Assembly (NCBI RefSeq): GCF_021028975.2
Contig: NC_059426.1
Coordinates: 67,208,001 to 67,272,000, forward strand
Length of the DNA stretch: 64,000 nt
Reading direction: 5' to 3'
Source of the DNA: Sphaerodactylus townsendi
Taxonomy: Eukaryota
Shown: piece after piece, positions 35,351-50,300 of the stretch
Position numbering within the stretch: position 1 is the stretch's first letter
Layout: the number at the start of each line of letters is the position of its first letter
Position numbers and translations under genes: made by a program
Notes under the pieces: model-generated
The model's database searches: none
What the model saw: the letters and a program-made list of their open reading frames with translations, nothing else
What the model was told of the DNA's origin: nothing

Positions 35351-38300
35351 GTAATTATTTCTAAAGGCATAAAGCTAGGAAACAATGTGGACCAAGGACT
35401 GCCAGATTTCAGTAGTTCATTACTTTTGAGTTTTCAAGTTCAAAAGAAACTAGAGAGATTATCTCATTTATTTGTTTATGTTATTGATAGTCTCCCTTTC
35501 CCATTGGACTCAAGGCAGATTACATAGAATGAATCAATAAAATGAACAGGATGGACCAGTCAGTAACCAGTGAAGTAGGATAAGGATTATAGATCCAAAC
35601 AGAAGTTTAAAAACAGAACTGAAGCAAAGCTTAACTGTTTATATGACACATTAAATGAAGCAAAATGACATAGTATGCTCCAGCTGACAGCAAATTGTGT
35701 ATACTAGTATTGACCCCAGTATCTAATAATTTATCCTAGAAACTTTGTCAATCATTTTGTACAGTGCTGCTACCTATCATCTGCAAAAAAAAGTCCTCTT
35801 GAAAGATTCTGTTTTGCATAGTTTGCAGAAAGCCAGAGCGGGAGCCTTTGTGACTTTCTCAGACAGATCATTCTGCAAAGTGGGGGTCACAATGGAGAAG
35901 GCATATGTGTACATGGTTGTTGATTGGTTGGCTGGCACCTGCAGAAGATCCTGCTCAGATGAGCAAAACTGATATGGTGGAGCATGTGGGGGAGAGGTGG
36001 TCTCACAGATATGACAGTCCAAGGCCATGAAGGGCTTTGTATATGATACAGTACTTCAAATTAAGGCTGGTAACTGATGGGCAACCAGTGGAGTGACTGC
36101 AGAATGGGAGTAATATGCATTCTGCATCTATCTCCTGACAATGAGCTGCAGCATTCTGCACCAACTGGAGTTTTCAAATTGATTTTGAGGAAAGACCCAA
36201 GTGCACTGCATTTCAGTAACCTACTCTCAATATCACCATGTCATGGATCTAGGTGACCAGATCAGCCATATCAAGGTAATGGGCCAACTTTCAGGCTAGG
36301 CAGCATTGGAAGAAAGCCTTTTTAACAACTGCATTAACTTGCTTTTTCAACCATAATGCTTGTTTCAGTGTAACCCTGAGGCTTTTAACTGAGTTGACAA
36401 GAGTCAGCTAAACCCAGTCAAAAGTGAGGATCATAATATCCTTCAAAACCTCTGCCTTTCCATCCAGCATTGTGTCTTTCCAGGATTTAGTTTCAGTCTA
36501 TTCACTCTTAGCTATTTAATCTCAGCTTCCAGGCAGCTTTTTGTGACCATTATCTATGCAGATTTAGAACCTGCATCACCAGGAGAGTTGTATATGGATA
36601 TGTAAAGCTGTGTATCATCTGCATATTGGTGACAGCCAAACTCAAAACTACAAGAGATTTCAGAAGGCATTTCCTATGCACTTGGAAGCAGTCTAAAGGC
36701 TAGAAACTAGCTTTCCAAAAAGAAAAAAAACTATGTTTGCAGGAAGCTAACTGCACTCAATGCTGTATTCTGTGGGTTTTATTTTAATTTTAGTGTGTTT
36801 CAATAGTTCCCTTCCTCCCAAGATTTAAATGTAGTGTACGTGGTTCTCTTGTTCTGTTTTATCCTCACAACAACTACCGTATATACTCGCGTATAAGTCG
36901 ACCCGCATATAAGTCGAGGCACCTAATTTTACCACAAAAAACTGGGAAAACGTATTGACTCGAGTATAAGTCGAGGGTGGGAAATTCAGCAGCTGCTGGT
37001 AAATTTCAAAAATAAAAATAGATGCCAATAAAATTACATCAATTGAGGCATCAGTAGGTTAAATGTTTTTGAATATTTATTTCAAAGAAAAACAGTAAAC
37101 TGGCTCTATAAGTGGAAAAGAGGGTCAACAAGAACAATATGGTATCAACAATAACTTTAAAAGTACAAAAATCTTAGCTCAACCAGCAACCAAGATAAAA
37201 CACAAGAGTTAAAATCCTCCAAAACTGGATTCCTCATCATCATCTGTATGTCCAAATGTAACCCAACTTAGATTTTAAGAGGGATATTATCAGAAATGAA
37301 AAATCTACTATTAGCTTCCATTGTAAACAATGGGGGATGGGGCATCCCCTTTGGGGTCAATAACTTTGGGATCCCCTGACCCAAACTTCACCAAACCACA
37401 AGCTGGTATCATAAGGAGCTTCCTTCCTGATAAGAGACCAGCCAGGTTTAGGAGTATTTAGAGAATCCCAAGTTATGGACCCCTCAAAAAAGGGTAGCCA
37501 ATATCTACTAATATCAGCTCCCCATTGAAAACAATGGGGAATAGGGGCACCTCATTTGGGGGGGGTGCATAACCTTTGGACCCCTCTTGAACCAAACTTT
37601 ACCAAACTTGGCTGGTATCATCAGTAGTGATCTTCTGAGGGGTACCCTGAAATTTTGGTGCCGCTGGCATAAAAACTAAGCCCCCCTGCTGTGACAAAGT
37701 AAAAGGAAACACAAAATTTTTAATGACCCCGCGATATAAGTGGGGGGGGCTTTTTTCAGCATTAAAAATGTGCTGAAAAAATTCGACTTATACATGAGTA
37801 TATACGGTATGTGGCACAAACTCAGCCCTTATTATGAAGATCACCCAGTTGTTTGTATCGTGACACTAGCATAATACTTGTTTGTATCGTGGCTTTTGCA
37901 TTTACCAAGTTCCCCTAAATCTGTGATGCATGTACGGTATATTACTTAATATTCTGTACCAAATGCTGTTTCCCTTATTCATTCCTGTTCGCTGCAGAGA
38001 CTAACAAATCAGATCGACCTTGTAGTGTGTTGGAGGTGTCAGACCGGATGTATTGCTCTGCCTGCCTGAAAGCCTTTGATAGTCGAGAGGAGCAGGTAGG
38101 CAAAAGGTGAACAGGGACTCACCATCAAGGCTGTTTTCTGTGGGACTAGACTAGAACTGATCAAATGGCTTGCTTATACCTGTTGCCACAACCTCTGTCA
38201 TGGTGTGTTGCCCTCAAATAGAACCCAAGGATTGCATGATCCAAGAATCACTGCAAAACTGAGGCCCTGTATGATGGGAATCTTTGCTTCCATAATCAAA

Positions 38301-41300
38301 ATAAAGAGAGCGGTTCTCTCAGTTTCCTTTTTAAAATCCAGTCCTTCCTCCCAAGAGTTCAGGGTTTCAAATGTGGGTCTCCGCCCTCCTCCATTTCACT
38401 TGCACAACAGTCCAGTTAACTTCCTGGCAGAAGAGGATTTAAATTTGAGTTTCCCCTGATCACAGAACACTATAGGACACTGACTTTTTGGGTGGGATGT
38501 AAGTTCATATTGGCTGATAGGATGCTTTTCTGTATCCTGATCCAAGCTCCAGGCACTCCATGCTCAATGCAGTTAAAGGGCTTTTGCCTGTCCCTTGTAG
38601 CTGGCATTCAAGTTTTGCTAAACACTGAACCTGTCATAGCTGCACCAATGAACCCTCATTCTGTCCCTTCCCTTCCTTGCTTAGACTGAGCATTATCGCC
38701 TTGACTGGCATCTTTTTAACCTGAAGCAGCGACTACTGAACCGCCCGATGCTCACAGCTGAAGAATTTGAAGCAAAGACTCAAGCAGGTGAGACAGAGTG
38801 CATGCTATGGCTGCTATGGCTGGTGGAGCTACCATTCTGTTCTAGCTCAGACAAAATGTTCCAAGCATCCATCTTCAGAGAACTTTCTAAGCAGGCAGGT
38901 GAAGAGGACTAGCTAGTCTGTCAGACCTCTGATTTTCATAGCAGAGGGTCATTTTTAAATACAACGGTTCAGCAGCACTCTGCACCTTTTCAGTTTGCTT
39001 CTACCAGCCAAGAATAACTGCAGAGATTCTCAGTTTTTCTGATTCAAATGAGCACTTCTAATTCACTGTGCTCTTGATCTGTCTAACATGGGAGATTTTC
39101 TGACTGGCTTTTCTCCTTGTGGAGGAGCTAGTTCCATTTCCTTTCGCTTGTGGGTGGGAAACAAGGTTCTAGAGTATCGTTCTGCAACCTTTGTGATTCT
39201 CTGCTGCTGTCTTGATACACAGGTGATATCTCCAGCATCTCGGGTTCTGATACCAGTGATCCTGATTCAGACAGTGAGTCTGACCTGTTGTCTTACCGGG
39301 ACAATGAAAGCAGAAAGAGTACCTGTCAGAGCACCTCACTGAGTCCACGTTCTCAGCGTGTCCTCTTCAGAAATTCTCAAGGGCAGCTCATCACAGTCTA
39401 TCGTTGCGTACTGAACACTGTGAAGGCATGTCAGCCCTCTGGGCCTCCTTCCTGACTTTCTCTTATTGGCTTAGTACCTAGCTGCTCATCACTAAGCGGC
39501 AGAAATGGCATCCCAGTTGTCTGGCAGAAAACCGGTAGAGGGCAACATCATGGGTTTCAGAGGAAATATTCTGCCACTGACCCTTACTCACCCACATATC
39601 ATGTATTCCTTTAACTTTCAAACCATTCTGTCTTGCCTCAGAATCTTAGGCTCATTCCGCATGGGCCAAAAACAGTGGTGTGAAAACGGTGTGAAAATGG
39701 TGTAAAAGGGTTTAAAACGGTGTAAAAGAGTTTATACTGTTTTCATACTGTTTTCACACCACTGTTTTTGGCCCATGCAGAATCAGCCTTAGTGAATTAG
39801 GATTGCTGCTAAACTCTGGACTGGCAGCAGTTGGTGCTTAACATACTGAATTGTCTCTGAAGCCCAATACAGTTGTCCTAGACACCTAGCTCATCTTTTC
39901 CCTGCCCATCCATCTGCAAGGTGGCACTAACCCATCTGGTTGTTTCAACATGGTTTCTTCCTCCACATCTACTATTTTCTAAAAGAAAGCACAGAGTTTC
40001 TGCAGCATGAGTGTGTGTGTCTTAAATCAGTATGTGTGGTACAAACTTTAAAAATAAAGTGGGCTTTGTCCACAGGATTACAAAATAAAATAATTAGCAG
40101 TTTCACAACTTCCAAAATCTGCTTAGAGGGGCAGCCCTTTGGGATTCTTGAAATTGCTGAATTGCACTCTTGTCTCCATGTCTTCTTTTCCTGGCCCTGC
40201 AGAATTTATCCAAGATGTGGGTTACTTTCCACAGGTCCAGATTAACAATAAAATCCTCCCCGATCCTGTTCCTACTTCCTGTTTTCTAGCGGTTCTCAGA
40301 GAGCTTCTATCACTCCATCCATGGCATTTCACTGACTAAAGAGGGTGTGTTATCTCTAGGGCAATGTAGAAGAACCTGGACAACTGGTAGCTTCTCTTCA
40401 GAGGCAGAGCCCAGACACCTCCTGGGTTATCCTGATGGCTGGTGGAGGACACTTTGCAGGAGCTGTCTTTAAGGGGTAAGAACTCATGGGTAGGGTGACT
40501 GGCTTTCACATGGAGCCCCTTCATGCTGAGATGAAAGTGTCTTATTGGAGCTACAGAAGAACCTTCAAGTATAGGCCTGAAATGATTCCATGTTTGATTC
40601 CAGGCAAGGGCCATCTCATGGTCCTGCATCTATTTCACATAGGATTGAGGACTAAGGAGATGAGTGTAAATTACTTGGCTGCTTCTCAGCCTCTCTCCAT
40701 GAGCTGCTAAGTCTCATTTGCTTTGTGTATGGGACCCAAGTGCACTTTCATTATGCTCAGTTTGCATTGTAATTATGACAATGGGTTTGAGCTTTTCACC
40801 ATGGGATTTCCTTTGCTTTCTTCCAGGAGTGAAGTGCTGGTGCACAAGACCTTCCACAGGTACACAGTGCGAGCCCGCAGAGGTACAGCCCAAGGAGTGC
40901 GGGATGCTCAGGGATGTATGCCCAAATCTGCTGGGGCCTCCCTGCGGCGCCACAATGAGGCTGCTTTGCTTAAGGTGAGTGCAGATTCTAAAAGCAGCCA
41001 TAGATTATCCCCCCACAAGTGGAGGGGGGTTGGGCACATTCTAGTGACCTGGCATACTTTAGACCATTGGTGTTTCTCAAACTGTTACAGTTACCTTCCC
41101 AAATGTGAGATGTCTAATTAAATCTTATTTGGCGGGTCTTAATAGAGGCTACTCCAAAGCAGAATAGCATGAATGGAGATAGAGGATATCAGTATACAAT
41201 TATCACTGTGGCCCCATTTGTGGATACTTAAATTGGGAGATTGGAGCCATGGAGCATGGATAGAGAAGAGAGATCTCTTCTGCTTAGAAAATCTGAAATC

Positions 41301-44300
41301 TATACAAAGAGGGGTTAACACCCTGCACAAATAATAGAAGCAGTTGCTAAAGTTTTAAGAAAGGAATGTTCTCAGTAGCTATTGCTAGGCAACCACAACA
41401 TAATTGTGCACCCATGCAGCTGGGTCCAGCCTGACAACCAGCACCATCAAACTAAGCTGGAACCAAGCAGAATTTTGCCAGGGAGAGACTGCTGGGAGAA
41501 CAAAGAAGGGAAAGCTGAAGCTTATGGGTTGGAAGGGGTAAAGAAATAGACATTTTCAGGGAAAGAAAGAGGAAATTTAAAAGGAAAAAATGAGATTCCC
41601 CCTCCTGCAAGTCCTTGCAGCTTCCTGGCTTGTAGGCTATTATTAGTGTAAAATTTGTTTTTTTCTGCAGATTCACTACTCAATACATAAGACTGTTCCA
41701 GAGCATTGAAATGTTGTATATACTCGAATCAGGATTTCTAGGGCAGGAGAGCATTACGTGTTTTCATAGAACAGCTTACCTCCTGGTGGCTGATTTTGCA
41801 TTTGGACAACTGTAGCATTTAGGACAGGGCCCAAAGGCTGCACTGGCATACTTGCACATTTTAGTTGTGTGTTCGCAAAAGTATTACTTAGTTTGTATTT
41901 TGTACAGGATATTCAGGAACTATTGGCCAGCTGGAAGGGGCATTTACAAGGTGCAGAGCGCATCTTTCTTCGTGCCCCACGCACCAACCGTGCCCGCTTC
42001 TTTGTTGGTAAAAATGGCCCTCTTCAACAAAATGATCCCCGGATCCGAGGCATTCCTTTCAGCACACGGAGAGCTACCTTCCATGAGGTGCAGCGGGTGC
42101 ATAGAGCTCTGCGTGATCTGCAAGTGTATGGTGAGCATGGCTTTTGACATCATTGGTAGACTGGACTCTTTCACAGTTGTGGCGTTTCTGTTGCTGGCTT
42201 TTGGTAATTAAGGGTACTCACTATCACCCATAATGCAATAGTCTTGTCTTGCTGGTCCTGTGCCTTAAGAGTCAAGGATTGATCTTTCCCCACAATTCTC
42301 TATGTAGTACTTGAAACTGAATTGTAAACTTCATATACAGTTTTGCTGAATCTAGCCGTACTTCGCTCAACCCTAGCTCTGCTCACTTTACTGTGGCTGC
42401 TTCCCCACGTCTCTTGAAATGATACCATTGTGAAATGTGCTGTTGCATGTCTACTGGTGAGAGCCTGTCAGTTTTGATCCAAAACATGCATCTGGAGTCA
42501 ACAGATTTTCCAGCAGTGAAATTATTGTTCTGGTTCTTGAGCAGAAAAGGACACAACAGTGGAAGATTTGATTGGCTCTCCTTGCAAGACCTGGAGAAAA
42601 ATAGTTGATCAGCCTGAAGCATCTCCACAGCATCATGGTGAGTTGGGAGGCATTGTCCTATAGCTAGAGGAATCTGCCATGTTCTGTGCCTTTCTGGCTG
42701 TGCCTGGTCCAATACAGTTCTCTACATCCTTGCTCTCTAACTCTTGAACTCCAGGGTGGCAAGACCACTGTAAACTGCTAAGAGCAGTTAATCATGGGGC
42801 GGGCTTTCCATAAAAGAAGGTTGTGAGCAGGCAGGAGGTTCAAGCCAGGGTGAAGGCTACCATCTCAGATGGGAGGCACCTGGGGCTGCTTGGGTCCTGT
42901 CTGAAAGTGGGAAGCTGATGGTTCTGCCATCCCCAGTGACTCTTACCTTTTGAGGCAAGAATGTGAGTTGAACTGTGTCTCTTTCTTTTCTAGACTCCCC
43001 CTCAAGGTCAGAAAATGATGAAGAAGAGGGGGAAGAAAATGCATTATGTCAATTGGAGACTGTGGAGGTTATACTAAGTACGCTAGACCTGCGTGAATTT
43101 GAAGTGGCACCAAATCGGAATCAGAAGAAGAGAAGGAAAAAGCCCAAAATCCTGGCAGGTGGGTCTGTGAGGGTAGTGAAGCTGTTCTAAAGTGCATATC
43201 CTTTCTAAGGGGATAGTTTCCTGACTATTTCCCTGCCTTGAAGGATTCAAACCAGAGAATGCCAGCTTCTGGCCTTTTCCAGCATCTTCCTACTACAAGG
43301 TCCCAGGGCAAGGGATCACTAATAGACTTGTGGTCTCTGTTTCTATCAAGTCAGAAATAAAATAGTAGACTTCAGTCAATTTAGAATAATTGTTTTTTAT
43401 AAAAGCCAATATTTTATCATGTAATGTCTAATTTATATTGTTATGTTGCACTCTTGCATTACAAATTTCAAGTCCAGTAGCATATTAGAGGCCAGAATAT
43501 TTTCCCAATATAAGCTTTCATCACTCTTATATTCTGGAAGACTTTGTTGAATTTTGTTCTGCTATGGCTACCTACTCGAAGTTAACTTCTGTATTAGCAT
43601 ACAAGGCAACAGTTTACCTATAGAGTGCTTTCCACTGTTGAGAAGCTTGTCCTGATTTATAAAAAGCACAGTAGTACTAGAATGGGAATAATAATGATAA
43701 AATGAAATGTGTGGAATACTTGGGGGCAGAGGTTAATTGTCATGAAGACAGAAGGACTTGTGAGGGAGGCAACCTTCCCTTTCCCCATCTCCATTTTTCA
43801 TCCCTCAATTCTGGCTCAGTTTCTCTCTCCCATCTCACCCCACTGTTGCTGGCACACTCTGCCCATCTGTGCTTCCCCATCTTTACCAAGCTCTGTTCTC
43901 CTTCTTCCCCAATCTGCCCAGCAACTCATCTCCTTCTGCTGAAAAATGGAATAAGTAGAAACTGAAATATCATTAGGTTGTGTTGTGTAACCTCAACACC
44001 TTTAAACTATTTTGTATTATCTTCTCACATTGTTTTTTTTAAATCTCCTGAAAACAGATTTGCAGATTTTTTAATCTATATGGTGAGACCTACCCAAAAT
44101 TACTGGGTAGATGTATAATTTCCTGTTGCAGCTAGTCACTTAGGCTTTAGTAGGCATTGCCCCTTTGCTGTTTTCTTTGGGTGCTAAAAACTTATTCTTT
44201 TGAAAGAGAAGCTGAGATTGCCTAGATCAGTGGTGGCGAACCTTTGGCACTCCAGATGTGCCGGATTTCCTAGAATTCCCATCAGCCCCTGCCAGCATGG

Positions 44301-47300
44301 CCAATTGGCCCACACACTGGCAGGGGCTGATAGAGTATCGAATCCATAACAATCCTGATTATAAGAGTTAAAGGTCCTGCAACCGGCCTAGATCAATGAT
44401 AGCAACTCCCAGGGAGCCACGTTTGCAATTACCATCAACCAAAAGAGCCACATTTACTTCCATCTCTGGCATGATGCTCACGACTCAGGCTCACAGGTTA
44501 ACCATTTCTGTGGTAGGAGCTCTTTCACAGTGGAAACTAGGTGCCAACCACAAGCCCCACTGTGCAAGGGCTTTGCCCATTTTATTGAAACACGGGGCAG
44601 ATGCTACAGAAGAGCTACAGGTTCATGTTAAAAAGCTTCATAGTGAGGACCACTGGTTAAAAGTATGGTAGTGTCCTAGATGTGTCTTTATTACTGTGTT
44701 TTCTTGAAACTGTTAACTTAATCTGACTGAAGACTTGACTGTGCAATTCAAAATGGGAGCAGGCAAAACTGTTGGGGAGGCAGAGCGGGTGTTGAAACAG
44801 GGCATAAAACTGGACAAAGCACTTAAGGTTGGTACAGAAGAGGTGATCAAGCTTCCATTATGTCTTTGACTTGAGTACTTCTAATAAAAATTCAGTGGTT
44901 TTTCCAGTTATCCCGCCGTCACTATTATTCAGCAGGTGAACCAGAAAACCCAAACAATGTATGCTCCGAACAACTTTTTTTATTCCCTAGAATCAGGACA
45001 AGTAGGGAGAGTCTAGGTAACGCATACCTCGGGCAAGAAAACATAATATGCTCGAAGGTCTCAACAATATCCTGACAATATGCACATGTTCTATCTTGAA
45101 GTGGAATATTCAACTGTCGGCCCTTAACACTCAGGATCTCCTGAAAACTTCTAAACTGAGAAGGCCATCTTCAAGTGCAGTATTAGAACAATAACAAACT
45201 AACAAAAAACCAACTTGGAAGCACTTGTGCAGTCCACAGGGAGGCAGGAGTCAAGTGCACGGCTGTGTCCACATCTTCCTGCCTCCCAAGCGGTCCTCCT
45301 ATTGGTCCCCACAGGTGACTAATCCTCACAGCCAAGCCAGCAGCCAGACACGACTTGTTTTAATCTGTATCTCCCCCCCCACCCGTCTGAGTTGATCAGG
45401 TGACCTAATTGCCTGAGAAACCTTAGCTGGTGCCAGGTCAGTGAAATAAGGTGCTTCTGAAGGCACTTCAGACTCTGAGCCCTGACTAGCCTGCTGTTCA
45501 AGCTCACTCCCTGTTGGGGTTCTGCCTGAACTGAACTTACCCCTATTGGGGCTCTGGCTGGACTTCACTCTTCAGGCCTAGTTTTTCCTCTGAGGATTCC
45601 TTACTCCCCACGGTTGTCCCTGACAGGTGATTGGATGCAAACAGGTGTGGAAAAAAAGCAAGCAAAATACTGGGGAAAGCACGTAGCAACTACAAAATAG
45701 TTATAGTCAAATGACAAGCCATTCAGTTGAACTAACTAAGCTAAACACATTATCTATGTTGTAGCTGGTTCCTCAGAGCATGGGCTTTGTGGTAACAAGA
45801 AATCAAGAGTCTTTAACCCCGACCATAACTTCTTTTGGACCCAGTTTCCACTGAAGCTTGAAAACTGAAGACAAGAGAAAATTCCAAATGTCCAGATTTT
45901 TATGCTACCGTATATACTCGTGTATAAGCCGACCCGTGTGTATAAGCTGAGGCACCTAATTTTACCACCAAAACCTGGGAAAACTTATTGACTCGTGTAT
46001 AAGCCGAGGGTGGGAAATGCAGCAGCTACTGGTAAATTTCAAAAATAAAAATAGATACCAATAAAATAAAATAGATACAGTGGTACCTCGGTTGGGGTTT
46101 GAGGAAACCCAGCCAGCTGGGAGGCAGAGGGAGCTCCTTATTTGGGCAGTGACATCAGGGGGAGTCACTGCCCAAATAAGGAGCTCCCTCTGCCTCCCAG
46201 CTGGGGTTTGAGGAAGACCAGCAACAAGAGGCTTGTGCAGCCGCACGGAGGTTGTCCCGGCCCGCCCCCAGCCTCAGCAGAGGCCTGAAGAGCCCGCCGG
46301 CTGCAAGGGCTCCCCCTTCACCCTCTGAGGAGGGCAGCAACAAGTGGCTTGTGCAGCCGCACCGAGGTAGTCCCGGATCACACCCCCAGCCTCGGCAGAG
46401 GCCTGAAGAGCCTGCCGACTGCGGGAGTTTTCCCTTCGCCCTCTGGGAAGGGCAGCAACAAGCGGCTTATGATTGCTAGCACCGGTAAAGTGATGATTCA
46501 CGTATAAGCCGAGGGGGCATTTTTCAGCCTTAAAACAGGGCTGAAAAACTTGACTTATACGTGAGTATATACGGTAAATGGGATTGGAATAAGTTGAACT
46601 GGGATATAAAATGCTGGGGGAGGGGTAAGAAATAACAAAACAAACGGTGAGAAAGAATGTTTCCATCGTGGGGGTTTTTCACATTATTCCTCTTTCCTCG
46701 ATCAGAGTCTTGCAGTGATCCTTCAAGAGGTGCTGGAGAATCTGAGACTGTGCCACTGAACAGAGAAGAGTCAACTGAAGCCCAGGAATGGCTGGAGCCT
46801 CAGGGTGAGCTTGTGTGCGGAAGCATATACCAGCTGAGATGCCCTCACTTGTACCTGCATTTTAAGACCTATTCCACTAAAAGGGAGATCTGTGGAGACT
46901 TATCACTTTGGTCTCATTCTGAATGGCAGCCCCTTCCACTGAAGGAACTGGCAGTTGGGACTGGTCGATTCAATCTCTTTCAGATAGCGAGGGTCACATC
47001 CCTCTGGTTATGCAGCCCCAGCTGTTGGGGCACAGGTCTCCATAAAGCTGTCTTCTTTTTTCCTCCTGCTATTTGGAGGGATTTTTTGCTCATGCATGTG
47101 TAGAGATCAAGGGGTTGGAGAAAACTTCATTACTGCAGTATATCACGACTTATACCACTGCAGTATATCACGTTGATAAAATGAGAATGCCGGAAAGAGA
47201 GCAAGGCAAGATCAATCCATGGTAGAGAGAATTCTGATCCATGGCTCTAGCACTTGACTTGTTCCTCACTACAGTGCACATCCTGGTGCTTCACTTGTAT

Positions 47301-50300
47301 TTCATGTCCACGCAAGTACATAGGTAAGTGGGGGGGGGGTTTTTCCTCGGGTTCAATTCCCCCATTACATGTCTAAAGCTCTGCCCCCGTTTGTGGTTTT
47401 TTTTGTATTTTAAGTGTTTTTTTGTTTGTGGCCTGCAGGGGGCGCTGGCTTTAGACTTGCAGCACCAAAATTTCAGGGATTTGTTGGAACACTTTCCTGA
47501 TGATACTACCCAGGTTTGGTGAGGTTTGGTTCAGGGGGTTCAAAGTTATGGACTCCCAAAGGGGATGCCCCATCCCCCATTGTTTCCAATGGGAGCTAGT
47601 AGGAGATGGGGGCTACAGCTTGGAGGGTAACTTTGGACCCCCTGAACTGAACTTCACCAAACCTGGGTGATATCATCAGGATAGTCTCTTAAAGGTACCC
47701 TGAAAATTTGGTGCTGCTAGCTTAAGAATTGCACCCCTGACACCAGGCACCCTCCAAATTTCCCCAGATTCTCCTTTTAAATCTATGCCTTTGGCATGGA
47801 TTTAAAGGAAGAATCTGAGGTCCCCAGTTTAAACATTGAAAGTGATGCTGTTTCAGGGTGGTGGATAATCCACCCCAAAACAGGATCACTTTCAATGTTG
47901 TTTTAACTGGGGACCCCAGATTCTCCCTTTAAGGTGGATTTAAAAGGAGAATCTGGGCTCCCTAGTCTAAACACCATTGAAAGTGATGCTGTTTGAGGAT
48001 GGATTCCAGGCAGGGGTGCAAAACTCAGATTTTGCACCAGGCTCCATTTTCCCTAGCTACGCCTCTGCCCGGAGGGGAGGACAGAAAGGACTTCCGGCTG
48101 CCAGCTGGGAGCCCAGCCGGTGGGAGGTGGGCGGGCGGGGCAGAGGAGTCTTCCGTCCCTGGCCTCGGAGAGCTGCTTTTATAAGCACTGAGGCTTGGGG
48201 CGGAGTGGCCCCGCCCCCGAATCCCCCCATGAAAATCTATACCCACGTCACTGTGTCCATGGCATGACCCTGGTACTAGGGAGGTTATAAGTCTGGCTCC
48301 TGACATCAAGTGACTTTTTGTCATGAGCTTTGCAGCTGAGTGGACCCTCAGTGGAAAAGCTGAAAGTCATAATTGTTGCTAGTTTGCCAGGTTAATGCAA
48401 GATTCTTCTCTCCCTGTCAGGAGTTCCCAGCACACCAGTGGAGGATCTCTTGTTCACAGCTTGCAAGACGGGAGACCTGAAAACACTGCAGCATCTTTTG
48501 GGAATGGCTGATGGGGCAGCACAGGAGGGAGAAGATTGTCATAGCAACAACATGCACCATTTGCTCAATGCATCACTGAATGAGAGTGGCTGGACCCTTT
48601 TGCATGTGGCGGCAGCAGCAGGGAGGAGTGCTGTTGTGCGCTTGCTGTTGCAGACTGGAGCTGACCCGGCTATCAGGTAATGCCCAGCATGTGATCGACA
48701 GAAGGAGAGAGAGATGGTGGTGCTCCGGAGCAGACAGGCCCAGGCCTTAGGGAGCAAACTTGCTTTCTATATGTCAAACTTCTGATGCCATATGTGGCCA
48801 GCATTGCTCCATTGCTGCCTGCTTAGTTGCCCAACCTGTAAGCTGTCCTAATGAACTCGCATGAAGTTGCTTTATACCAGTGGTTCTCAACCTTCCTAAT
48901 GCTGCGACCCTTTAATACAATTCCTCATGTTGTAGTGACCCCCAACCCTGACATGTATCCATTTTACAGATGGAGAACACTGATGCAGAGAGTCTTAGGC
49001 GACCCCTGTGAAAGGGTCGTTCAACCCCCAGGTTGAGAACCACTGCTTTATACCCTTGGTCCATCCATGTCAGTAATGTCTACTCAAAGTGAGAGTGGCT
49101 TTCCAGCATCTGGTGGTGATCTTTTGCATCACCTACTACCTGATCCTTTCAGCTGGTTTGAACCTGGGAGGTTCTGCATGGTGCTCTACCACTGAGCCAC
49201 AACCCCCTCCAGCAACACAGAGTGCAGTGTAAACCCAGAATTTTCAGAAGTATGAGGAATTGATTCATTTCAGGACTAGGGCACTTAAGGATTAGTTTGC
49301 CTCATTTCCATGGAAATACAGCAAGATCTTGGGCATCTCTCCCCTGCTCAGATCAAATCAGAAAGTGACCGTTGTGCAAATTGAGCTTGGCTTGTTCCTT
49401 CGTTCAGTTGTATGGTCCAGTTCTGGAGGCAAAAAAAGTGTTTGGATGGTGGTGCACTCTGTTTAGTTTTCCTTGGTGCAGAGTGCAGATCCAGACCTGT
49501 GAAGCAGTCCTGTGTATCTCCTACCCAGGGACAAGCAAAACCAGCCACCGTACTGTGTGTCTGCTGACAAGCAAACTCGTAATGAATTCCGTAGATTCAT
49601 GGATGAGCAGCCTGAGAAGTATGATTACATCCAAGCCCAGGTGAGTGAAAAGGGATTCTTGAGTGCAAGTTTGAGGAACCAGCAGGCACTTGGAATGGGA
49701 AGCCATCCTCCTGAATGGAGGACAGCTGCAGCTTATGCAGTGAGGGCAGTTGGCTCAGGCTTGGAGCTGCCCTGCCTTCCTACTGTCCTGTTTCTCTGCT
49801 GACCTTTCACACAGCACAACTCAGAGGAGAATCCAGTAGCTGGCTAAAGGGCGTATGTACTTCCTTCCTTATTTCCTCCCCTTTGGTACTTGCCATCCAA
49901 ACTCTGCGGTACATTCTTTGGGATGATGGGATGGCTTCTATCCCTGTCCCACCTATTCCACTTAATTAAGTTTGCTAATTAAAATATTTATACCCCCATC
50001 TCTCCTTTTTGCTCAAACCAAAGCCTTTCTCCAAATTAAGGGGTTCTTCCATTGGCATAAGAGCCAGTAAAACTGGAAGGAGGCTACTTGGAGAATTGCT
50101 GTTCTGGGGCCACTTAGCCTTAGCAAGAGGTATCTTTCACTTCTCTTTGTCAAACTCTTGTTTGGTAGTGATTTGGAGCAGAGAACAACTTTGCATGTAG
50201 GGTAGAATTTGCCACTCATTTTGAACATGCTATAAAGAGAGAATGTGCAGTTAGTGCAGAGAGGGAAGAAAACAATTAAGGATGAGTTTGAATAATCTGT

